A stretch of 64,000 nt of DNA. Origin: Patescibacteria group bacterium (GTDB lineage Bacteria > Patescibacteriota > Minisyncoccia > Phycocordibacterales > Phycocordibacteraceae). The position numbers were made by a program, and so were the translations under genes. How positions within the stretch are numbered: position 1 is the first letter of the stretch; each line of letters begins with the position of its first letter. Positions 36,883 through 44,485 of this stretch are shown here, piece after piece. Where the stretch lies: the NCBI GenBank assembly GCA_038064695.1, contig JBBTSO010000001.1:85932-149931 (forward strand). The letters run 5' to 3'. Below the pieces are notes generated by a model. That model had not been told where the DNA came from. It saw nothing but the letters and a program-made list of their open reading frames with translations, and did no database searches.

Positions 36883-37158
36883 ATGACGCAGGAAAATCCC
36901 GGTAAAAAAGATTCAAAAATAAAACCGTTTGTGCCGCACCCTGTTCTAGCACAACGTAAAAAAGAGGCAGATAGATTTATTGTTGCAACTATTAGAGAGG
37001 TGCTTAAGTCGGCTGGAGTTTTAGGGGCAATTTTTTTAGCACTTGATGTTACCGATTCAGCATATGCTGCAACCGATTGGTTTGACCTCTCTCCAGAGCC
37101 AGATTCAGTAGATGAGTTCTTGACCACGTACGAAGACTATCAAGTTTCCTCACGATAG
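36883..37158 (+). CDS. Orphan small protein with one hydrophobic segment
   Basis: 91-aa ORF followed by hairpin AAAAGCGCC-GT-GGCGCTTTT. Confidence 0.6.
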   Translation: MTQENPGKKDSKIKPFVPHPVLAQRKKEADRFIVATIREVLKSAGVLGAIFLALDVTDSAYAATDWFDLSPEPDSVDEFLTTYEDYQVSSR

Positions 37159-37198
37159 AAAAAGCGCCGTGGCGCTTTTGCCGGTTTAGGATGTACGT

Positions 37199-37945
37199 AT
37201 GCAATTTATCCCGTATAAAACGCGTGTCCTCACTCCGCCTAAAGACGACCTTTTTGAAGCTATTAAGAGTGCAAAACTCAATATCAAAGATGGGGACGTG
37301 ATCGTCGTTTCTTCAAAGGTGGTGAGTATTGGTGAGGGGAGGTGTCTTCCTTTCAAAAACCAAGCTCAAAAGGATCGCCTTGCCAAAGGTGAAGCTGACT
37401 ATTTTGTAGACATACGCCGTTCCTCTGTATGGAAATCGCTCTTTACGGTTACCGAAGGGGTGCTTATAGGGCGAGCGGGAATTGATGAAAGTAACGGCAA
37501 AGGTCACCTCATTCTGTATCCGAAAAACCCTATGAAAAGTGCGGATACTTTACGAAAATGGTTTCAAAAAACGTACTCAGTAAAAAAACTTGGAGTCATA
37601 ATTTCCGACTCGCGCAGCACCCCTTTGCGTCGTGGTGCTATCGGGTTTGCACTTGGGTGGGCAGGCATTGTGCCCTTAAAAGACTACCGAAAAACAAAAG
37701 ATTTATTTGGGCGCGCGTTTCAGGTTGAAATCGCGAACATCGCCGACGGACTCGCGGGAGGAGCGGTGGTAGCGATGGGGGAAGGGAATGAGCAAACGCC
37801 GATAGTTGTTATACGAAATGCGCCGGTGGTATTTACTGAAAAAAAACGACCACAAGAGCGAATAGTAAAAGTGAAATTAGAAAATGACCTTTTCAGTCCG
37901 TTTCTTTTAAAATTGAAGTGGAAGAAAGGAGGGGGAAGAGATTAA
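37199..37945 (+). CDS. CofE-like gamma-glutamyl ligase (probably folate-related)
   Basis: VVSSKVVSIGEG, AGIDESN, IISDS...PLRRG, DLFGR, MGEGNEQTP; convergent with folA. Confidence 0.85.
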   Translation: MQFIPYKTRVLTPPKDDLFEAIKSAKLNIKDGDVIVVSSKVVSIGEGRCLPFKNQAQKDRLAKGEADYFVDIRRSSVWKSLFTVTEGVLIGRAGIDESNGKGHLILYPKNPMKSADTLRKWFQKTYSVKKLGVIISDSRSTPLRRGAIGFALGWAGIVPLKDYRKTKDLFGRAFQVEIANIADGLAGGAVVAMGEGNEQTPIVVIRNAPVVFTEKKRPQERIVKVKLENDLFSPFLLKLKWKKGGGRD

Positions 37946-38439
37946 ACTTTTTCGTAGCGCGCCCACTGGTACACTACTCCGCCTTCTTCACGTGGTGCTT
38001 CACGACTTACTTCTCTAAAAAGATTTTCATACGCGGGGAAGAATGTGGTTGCGTTTGGTTCTTCGCCTTCAATGTGGGTAAGTTCAAGATGGGTGGCAAA
38101 GGGAAGTGCTTGCGTGTATATTTCTCCGCCGCCAATCACAAACACTTTGCTACTCCCTAATTCGTGAGCATAAGAGGATGCTTTTTCTAAGGAGTGGGCA
38201 ACCACCACGCCTTCGTGCGACCAGTTGGTGTCGCGGGTGACGACGATGTTGATGCGATTCGTGAGTGGTTTTCCGATTGAGTCAAACGTTTTCCTTCCCA
38301 TGATGATGGGGTACCCGGTGGTCAGCTCTTTAAAGTGCTTCAGGTCATCTTTGAGACGCCACGCAAGTTCGCTTCCTACTCCCAACTCTCGGTTTTTGCC
38401 AATCCCCGCAATGATAATTATTTCGTCTTTTTGTGCCAC
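37942..38439 (-). CDS. folA: Dihydrofolate reductase
   Basis: DLKHFKELTTG, IMGRKTFDSIGKPL.NR, VIGGGEIY. Confidence 0.95.
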   Translation of the reverse strand: MAQKDEIIIIAGIGKNRELGVGSELAWRLKDDLKHFKELTTGYPIIMGRKTFDSIGKPLTNRINIVVTRDTNWSHEGVVVAHSLEKASSYAHELGSSKVFVIGGGEIYTQALPFATHLELTHIEGEEPNATTFFPAYENLFREVSREAPREEGGVVYQWARYEKV

Positions 38440-39116
38440 GGCTGTTTCTTTTTTATATCACGATCATTCCAGAGTTGGGGAAGCATCATTTCAGGTTTCC
38501 AACTTTTTTTCAACTTTGCGAGGTCGGTAGTTGTTTGGTATTTGCCGCTCGCGGTATAGTCGCGCGCGATAATGGGTCCTGTTTCGTAAAAAATAATTTG
38601 CGCGATGCGTCGCCCCACGACTAGCGGAATAATGTAGTGTTGAGAACTGTTCTGAATTTCCATCGTCCAGCGGTTGATATACCCCACGTCGCCCCACCCT
38701 GCGCACTTGCAGACGTTTATAAAATTTCTTCCTAAAGACGAGCGCGCCTTCATCATCGTCGTTACGGTGTCGCGTCCGCCAATAAATTCTTGCGTGTGGG
38801 CAAGAATAGTTTCCCCCGGTTCAAGCAGAATGACCTTATCGTCGGGGCGGATGCCATCGTGCACCAAACTCACGTTTTTAAACGATTCCTTGGCGCTCTT
38901 GGCTCGGTGCGGTTCAGCGCCCCACACTTTCTCCGTGTCGCTTTTGCTGTAGAGGTTAAAAACTTTTTTGTGATTTTCGGGTGGTTGTTCGCGGTAGTAC
39001 CATTCGCCAAGAGTTACGTCGTAGCTTGAAGTCGCGAGGTTTTCTTTCGCAAACGGTTCAATAACCACCGTTCCTTTTTTCTTTTCTTCTAGAATGCGTT
39101 TGTCAGAAAGTGCCAT
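38418..39116 (-). CDS. dcd: dCTP deaminase
   Basis: LSDK.I, SYDVTLG, ARSSLGR, GDVGY..RWTMEI, RIAQIIF. Confidence 0.9.
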   Translation of the reverse strand: MALSDKRILEEKKKGTVVIEPFAKENLATSSYDVTLGEWYYREQPPENHKKVFNLYSKSDTEKVWGAEPHRAKSAKESFKNVSLVHDGIRPDDKVILLEPGETILAHTQEFIGGRDTVTTMMKARSSLGRNFINVCKCAGWGDVGYINRWTMEIQNSSQHYIIPLVVGRRIAQIIFYETGPIIARDYTASGKYQTTTDLAKLKKSWKPEMMLPQLWNDRDIKKKQPWHKKTK

Positions 39117-39233
39117 GGAAGACAGTGTACAGCGGATAGTGTTCAGTGGATAGTTGAAAACAAAAAACTAGATATTTGTGGAGAGCCATACGTCGCTTGA
39201 CATTTCTTTTTTACCATAGTATAAAGGATTTCT

Positions 39234-39500
39234 ATGAATAAATTTTCTGCTGTGCCTTTGGGGGTACTGTCTTTATTCGCCGCTTATGTAAGCTTGGTCA
39301 GTGTCGATATGTGGGATGGTGAAATGAACTGGTTCACCTTACCTGACGATGTTAGCGCGGAAGAGCAGGCAGAATATGCAGATGGTGCGCGAGAATATGC
39401 CGGTGAATACTCTGCATTTAAAAAAGGAGTTATTACGAGTAGTTTTGCTGGACTCTCGGCGCTTTCTGGATTTACCTCTTATCGAATTGCCCGACGTTAA
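39234..39500 (+). CDS. Orphan 2-TM small protein
   Basis: TTGACA-17-TATAAA upstream and a terminator downstream. Confidence 0.65.
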   Translation: MNKFSAVPLGVLSLFAAYVSLVSVDMWDGEMNWFTLPDDVSAEEQAEYADGAREYAGEYSAFKKGVITSSFAGLSALSGFTSYRIARR

Positions 39501-39511
39501 ATTCTTGTATT

Positions 39512-39542
39512 AAAAAACGGGCGCAAAAAGCGCCCGTTTTTT
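39512..39542. terminator. Bidirectional intrinsic terminator
   Basis: AAAAAACGGGCGC-AAAAA-GCGCCCGTTTTTT. Confidence 0.85.
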
Positions 39543-40374
39543 ACACCGCCATGTTGGCTTTGATGGGGGGGTGTGATTCGTACCCTTCAAGTTTGATGTC
39601 GTCCATTTTAAAGTCGTCTATATTTTTTATATCAGGGTTGAGCCAGAGTGCTGGCGGTTTTAAAGGGGTGCGTGACAGTTGTTCTTTGACCGCGTCAAAG
39701 TGGTTGTTGTAAATGTGCGCGTCTCCAAGTGAGTGGACAAGCTCTCCTGGCTTTAATCCCGTCACCTGCGCCACCATCTGCAAGAGAAGCGAGTATGAAG
39801 CAATATTGAATGGGACACCAAGAAACATGTCGCACGAGCGTTGGTGCATGAAGAGCGACAATTTGCCATCTGCTACAAAAAATTGGAAAAACATATGGCA
39901 GGGAGGTAACGCCATTTCAGAAAGTTCCCCTGGATTCCAGGCGGTGACAATCATACGTCGGTCGGCGGGGTTCGTTTTTATTTTTTGAATTACTTCCGCG
40001 ATTTGGTCGACGGTTGTACCATCTGGTTTCTTCCACGCTCTCCACTGCACGCCATAGATACGTCCTAGATCCGTTTCGTGTGCACGTTTCGGTTTCCAAT
40101 AATCTGCTTCAAGATTTGCAGTCCAAATTGTTTTCTCACTCCCGTTTAACTCGCGTAGTCGCGCGTCGTCGTTTGACCCTTCCAAAAACCACAACAATTC
40201 ACTCTTCACTGCCTTGAACGCGAGTTTTTTGGTGGTGACTGCGGGGAACCCTTCCGAGAGGTCAAAACGCATTTGCAATCCAAACAGTGCACGTGTTCCC
40301 ACTCCCGTTCGGTCTTTACGGTCTGACCCCTCGTTAAGAATCTTTTGGAGGAGTGAAAGGTACTGCGTTTCCAT
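39541..40374 (-). CDS. thyA: Thymidylate synthase
   Basis: DRTGVGT, ELLWFL, MALPPCH, QRSCDMFLGVPFN, DAHIY. Confidence 0.97.
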   Translation of the reverse strand: METQYLSLLQKILNEGSDRKDRTGVGTRALFGLQMRFDLSEGFPAVTTKKLAFKAVKSELLWFLEGSNDDARLRELNGSEKTIWTANLEADYWKPKRAHETDLGRIYGVQWRAWKKPDGTTVDQIAEVIQKIKTNPADRRMIVTAWNPGELSEMALPPCHMFFQFFVADGKLSLFMHQRSCDMFLGVPFNIASYSLLLQMVAQVTGLKPGELVHSLGDAHIYNNHFDAVKEQLSRTPLKPPALWLNPDIKNIDDFKMDDIKLEGYESHPPIKANMAV

Positions 40375-40395
40375 ATAAGGTATATTGTAGCAAGA

Positions 40396-41016
40396 ATGAA
40401 AAAAGGAGTTTTTATTGCTATTGAAGGGGGAGACGGGTCGGGAAAGTCCAGCGCGGTCCAATGGCTTAAACAAGAACTCGGAGAAGAAAAATTTTTATTC
40501 ACTCGCGAACCGGGGGGAATAGACTCTGCGGAGGAAATTCGTAACGTGTTGGTGAAGCATCGCGAACAAGACTTGGAAGTGTTGACGCAACTTTTTTTGT
40601 TTGAAGCGGGGCGCACGGAACATGTGACAAAAAAAATACGCCCCGCGTTGGAGTCAGGTATGCATGTTATTACGGATCGTTTTTCTGCTTCAAGCTACGC
40701 CTATCAAGTTGTTGCCGGAGGCGCGCCGCATCTTAAATCTTTTTTTGAGGACGCCGACCAACGCGCGCGCGGAGGGTTGCTCCCCGATCTCACTATTTTC
40801 CTTGACGTCGCTCCGGAGATAGGGATTGCGAGAAAAAGTTCTTCGGGGGACGAGCTGAACACTTTTGATACCAAAGAACTCGCGTTTTACACCAATGTGC
40901 GCAATGGGGTAAAGGAGTACCTCGCCGACAAACCGCACGTTACTATTAACGCAGAGCAATCGCAGGAAAACGTGCGTGGAGCAATCAAAAAAGAAATTTT
41001 AAAAATAACGACGTAA
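40396..41016 (+). CDS. tmk: Thymidylate kinase
   Basis: FIAIEGGDGSGKS, TREPGG, DRFSASSYAYQ. Confidence 0.96.
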   Translation: MKKGVFIAIEGGDGSGKSSAVQWLKQELGEEKFLFTREPGGIDSAEEIRNVLVKHREQDLEVLTQLFLFEAGRTEHVTKKIRPALESGMHVITDRFSASSYAYQVVAGGAPHLKSFFEDADQRARGGLLPDLTIFLDVAPEIGIARKSSSGDELNTFDTKELAFYTNVRNGVKEYLADKPHVTINAEQSQENVRGAIKKEILKITT

Positions 41017-41025
41017 TAAAAATAT

Positions 41026-42270
41026 ATGCACGACGAAGCAGTATTCAATGCCATCGCGGGAGAAGAGAAACGCCAAAGGGAAGGACTGGAGTTAATCCCT
41101 TCTGAAAATTACGTGTCACGCGCGGTGCGTGAAGCTTTGGGAAGCGTGATGACCAACAAGTATTCAGAAGGATACCCGGGCGCTCGCTACTACGGAGGTC
41201 AAACGTACACTGATGTTGTTGAAGACCTTGCTCGTGAGCGCGCTAAACAACTTTTCAACTGTCAGTTTGTGAATGTGCAGCCGCTCTCGGGTGCCCCAGC
41301 AAACTTAGAACTCTACGCGGCACTTTTGAACCCCGGCGACACGGTTTTAGGAATGGACCTCTCCCACGGTGGGCACTTGACCCACGGCCACCCCGTCACG
41401 CTTCCCGCAAAAATTTACAATTTCGTTCGATACAAAATGAAAAACCCTGACACGGGTGAAATTGACTACGACGAAATGCGCGAGGTGGCGAAGCGTGAAA
41501 AACCAAAAATTGTGCTTGCGGGTTTTTCCGCGTACTCTCGCGAACTAGACTACGATGCCTTTGTTTCTATCGCGCGTGAAGTGGGGGCGTTCGCCGTGTT
41601 TGATATCGCGCACATTGCAGGGTTGATTGCGGGGAAGGCGATCAGAAATCCGTTTGACGCAGGATTTGATGTGATGACCACCACCACGCACAAAACGCTC
41701 CGTGGTCCGCGGGGCGGGATGATTTTGACTCGCGAGGATGCTGACATTGCAAAGAAAATTGATAAGTCTGTTTTTCCTGGGCTTCAGGGAGGCCCCCACA
41801 TGAACGTCATTGCCGCAAAGGCCGTTGCGTTTGGCGAGGCGCTCACGCCAGCGTTTGGAACGTACGCCATGCAAATTTTGAAAAACGCGAAAGCGATGGA
41901 GGTCGTGTTTGCCAAAGAAAAAGTGCGTATGTTGGGAGGAGGAACGTCTAATCACCTCATTTTGGCGGACGTGTTCGGTAGCTTGGGTGTCACGGGCGCT
42001 GAAGCGGAAAAAGTATTGGATGAGGTAGGCATTACGCTCAACAAAAACTCCATCGCTGACGATACGCGGAAACCAATGGACCCTTCAGGTATTCGCTTTG
42101 GCACCCCTGCTGTTACCACGCGCAATTTTAAAGAGGCAGAGTGTACGCGTGTTGCCGAGCTTATGATCCACACCCTCAAACATAAGGATGAAGAGAAGGT
42201 AAAACTAGACGTACGCGCGGAAATCAAGGCACTCGCCGAAAAATTTCCGATTCCCGAGTCGTTTGTCTAA
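41026..42270 (+). CDS. glyA: Serine hydroxymethyltransferase
   Basis: LIPSENY, NKYSEGYPG, GGHLTHG, TTTHKTLRGPRGG. Confidence 0.97.
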   Translation: MHDEAVFNAIAGEEKRQREGLELIPSENYVSRAVREALGSVMTNKYSEGYPGARYYGGQTYTDVVEDLARERAKQLFNCQFVNVQPLSGAPANLELYAALLNPGDTVLGMDLSHGGHLTHGHPVTLPAKIYNFVRYKMKNPDTGEIDYDEMREVAKREKPKIVLAGFSAYSRELDYDAFVSIAREVGAFAVFDIAHIAGLIAGKAIRNPFDAGFDVMTTTTHKTLRGPRGGMILTREDADIAKKIDKSVFPGLQGGPHMNVIAAKAVAFGEALTPAFGTYAMQILKNAKAMEVVFAKEKVRMLGGGTSNHLILADVFGSLGVTGAEAEKVLDEVGITLNKNSIADDTRKPMDPSGIRFGTPAVTTRNFKEAECTRVAELMIHTLKHKDEEKVKLDVRAEIKALAEKFPIPESFV

Positions 42271-42278
42271 AAGTTTTC

Positions 42279-42302
42279 AACAGGCCGAAAGGCCTGTTTT
42301 TT
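42279..42302 (+). terminator. Intrinsic terminator
   Basis: AACAGGCC-GAAA-GGCCTGTTTTTT. Confidence 0.8.
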
Positions 42303-42359
42303 ATATACAAAACCTGTGCACACCGTACTATATGCGTATAACAATAAATACGAAAAGAA

Positions 42360-42761
42360 ATGACACAGGCTGTTGCACTAAAAAGTGCATTAGAAGTTGA
42401 GTACGATACGCAAAAATGTTGGGGGGTTGTTGCTTCCGTCAACGTGTATGGGTGCCATAGCGAGTACATCAAAACTCCAGAGAAAATAAAACAGTATGTA
42501 ACCGAACTGTGTGAAAAAATTGGGATGATAAAGCACGGTCCCACGCTGGTTGAGCGTTTTGCGGAAGGAGCATTGGAGGGGTATTCAGGGTTTCAGTTCA
42601 TTGAAACGTCATCCATTACGCTCCACTTCGACGAAACAGAAAACCGCGCGTTCATTGATATATTCAGCTGTAAATACTTTGACCCGGAACTTGCTAAAAA
42701 GTTCAGTTTAGAGTTTTTTGAAGGAACATCTGCCTCTGTAGTACACTTACTCAGGAGCTAG
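42360..42761 (+). CDS. SpeD-like pyruvoyl-dependent decarboxylase proenzyme
   Basis: GYSGFQFIETSSITLHF and FIDIFSCK.F. Confidence 0.8.
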   Translation: MTQAVALKSALEVEYDTQKCWGVVASVNVYGCHSEYIKTPEKIKQYVTELCEKIGMIKHGPTLVERFAEGALEGYSGFQFIETSSITLHFDETENRAFIDIFSCKYFDPELAKKFSLEFFEGTSASVVHLLRS

Positions 42762-44438
42762 ATGGAGGAACTTTTAAAGAACAAAATTAAAGAGGCACTA
42801 CAGGCGCTCGGGATTGAGGATGTCCTACCGGCGTTGGAATTTCCTGCGGAACTATCACATGGGGATTTTTCCACCAACGTGGCGTTGGTGGCTGCAAAAA
42901 ACGCGAAGCTCTCTCCAAAAGCGCTCGCCGAAAGAATTGTTGACGAGCTTGGTACTATAGACGGTGTTGAGAAAATTGAGGTCGCGGGCCCCGGATTCAT
43001 CAACTTCATCCTTCCCCGTGCATATTTTTCAAATACGATTTTAGGGATAGATGAGATGTGGGGGGAAAATAGTGTCCACTACGGGAAAAAGATTGTTGTT
43101 GAACACTCAAGTCCGAATTTGTTTAAGCCTTTTCACATCGGACACGTAATGAATAATGCTATCGGTGAATCGATGGTGCGTCTCATGCGGTTTTCCGGGG
43201 CAGAAGTTGCCGCTATTTCGTACCCTTCCGATGTCTCGCTCGGAATTGGCAAAGCAGTCTGGGTCATCCTCAATGATGGGGGAGTAGATAAACTTAGATC
43301 AATTGGTGGCTCTGTGGAGACACTCGCGTATCTGGGTGATTGCTATGTTCAGGGCACAAAACTGTATGAAGAAAACGCAGAAGTTGCACAAGCAATGAAG
43401 CAAATAACTTCTGACCTTTACGAAAAAAAGAAAGGTGAGGCGTACCGTGTATATGAAGAAGCAAAAGAAATTAACCTCGCTTATTTCAAAACAATAACAA
43501 GTCGTCTCGGGTCAACGTTCGATGATTTTATTTTTGAAAGTGAGGCGGGCATTGAGGGAACCGAAATCGTTCGAGCCAATACACCGGCGGTGTTTAGTGA
43601 GTCGCAGGGAGCATTCATATATGAAGGAGAAAAAGACAACTTACACACACGCGTTTTTATAAACAAGGAAGGGTATCCTACCTACGAAGCTAAAGATGTC
43701 GGTCTACTTTCGCTTAAATTTAAAAAATATAATCCCGCCCTTTCGATATTTGTCACTGACCACGAGCAAGAGCAATATTTTAAGGTGGTGATAGCGGCGG
43801 CAGGAAAAATAAAATCTGAGTGGAAAGATAAAACAGTACATGTAACTCATGGCCGAATGACCTTTAAGGGTAAAAAAATGTCTTCACGGCTCGGAGGTGT
43901 TCCCATCGCTCAAACGCTTGTCGATTCTCTATTTTCAGAAGTTGCTGAACGCGCTGAAAGACTCGATGCGGAAAAAGATTGGTCGAGTATTAACGCGATT
44001 GGTGTCGCGTCTCTCAAATATAGTATTTTGCGTGCTGGGTGTGGAAAAAATATTGATTTTGATCCGGAACAGTCGCTCTCATTTGAAGGGGACTCAGGTC
44101 CGTATTTGCAGTATTCATATGTGCGCGCAAAGAGTGTTTTGGAGAAGGCGAATAGTCAGCATCCAACAGTCAGTAGTCAGCCTGAAGTGTTATCTCAACT
44201 TGAACGTTTACTCCCACGTTTTCCACACGTAGTTCTACGCGCGCAGCGCGAATTTGAACCTCATTTCGTTACGACATACCTCACTGAACTTGCGAGCGCG
44301 TTTAACAGCTGGTACGCGAACGAAAAAATTATAGGAGGCGAGCACGAAGCCTACAAGCTCGCGCTTACGCGAGCGTTTGCTCAAACGATGAAAAATGGCC
44401 TCTGGCTCCTCGGTATTGCCGCACCGGAAAAAATGTAA
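42762..44438 (+). CDS. argS: Arginine--tRNA ligase
   Basis: HGDFSTN, AGPGFINF, PFHIGH, KMSSR, SFEGDSGPYLQY. Confidence 0.96.
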   Translation: MEELLKNKIKEALQALGIEDVLPALEFPAELSHGDFSTNVALVAAKNAKLSPKALAERIVDELGTIDGVEKIEVAGPGFINFILPRAYFSNTILGIDEMWGENSVHYGKKIVVEHSSPNLFKPFHIGHVMNNAIGESMVRLMRFSGAEVAAISYPSDVSLGIGKAVWVILNDGGVDKLRSIGGSVETLAYLGDCYVQGTKLYEENAEVAQAMKQITSDLYEKKKGEAYRVYEEAKEINLAYFKTITSRLGSTFDDFIFESEAGIEGTEIVRANTPAVFSESQGAFIYEGEKDNLHTRVFINKEGYPTYEAKDVGLLSLKFKKYNPALSIFVTDHEQEQYFKVVIAAAGKIKSEWKDKTVHVTHGRMTFKGKKMSSRLGGVPIAQTLVDSLFSEVAERAERLDAEKDWSSINAIGVASLKYSILRAGCGKNIDFDPEQSLSFEGDSGPYLQYSYVRAKSVLEKANSQHPTVSSQPEVLSQLERLLPRFPHVVLRAQREFEPHFVTTYLTELASAFNSWYANEKIIGGEHEAYKLALTRAFAQTMKNGLWLLGIAAPEKM

Positions 44439-44485
44439 TAAAAGCCTTCTATCTTCTAAAAACCCCTCCGTGATACTATAGAAAA

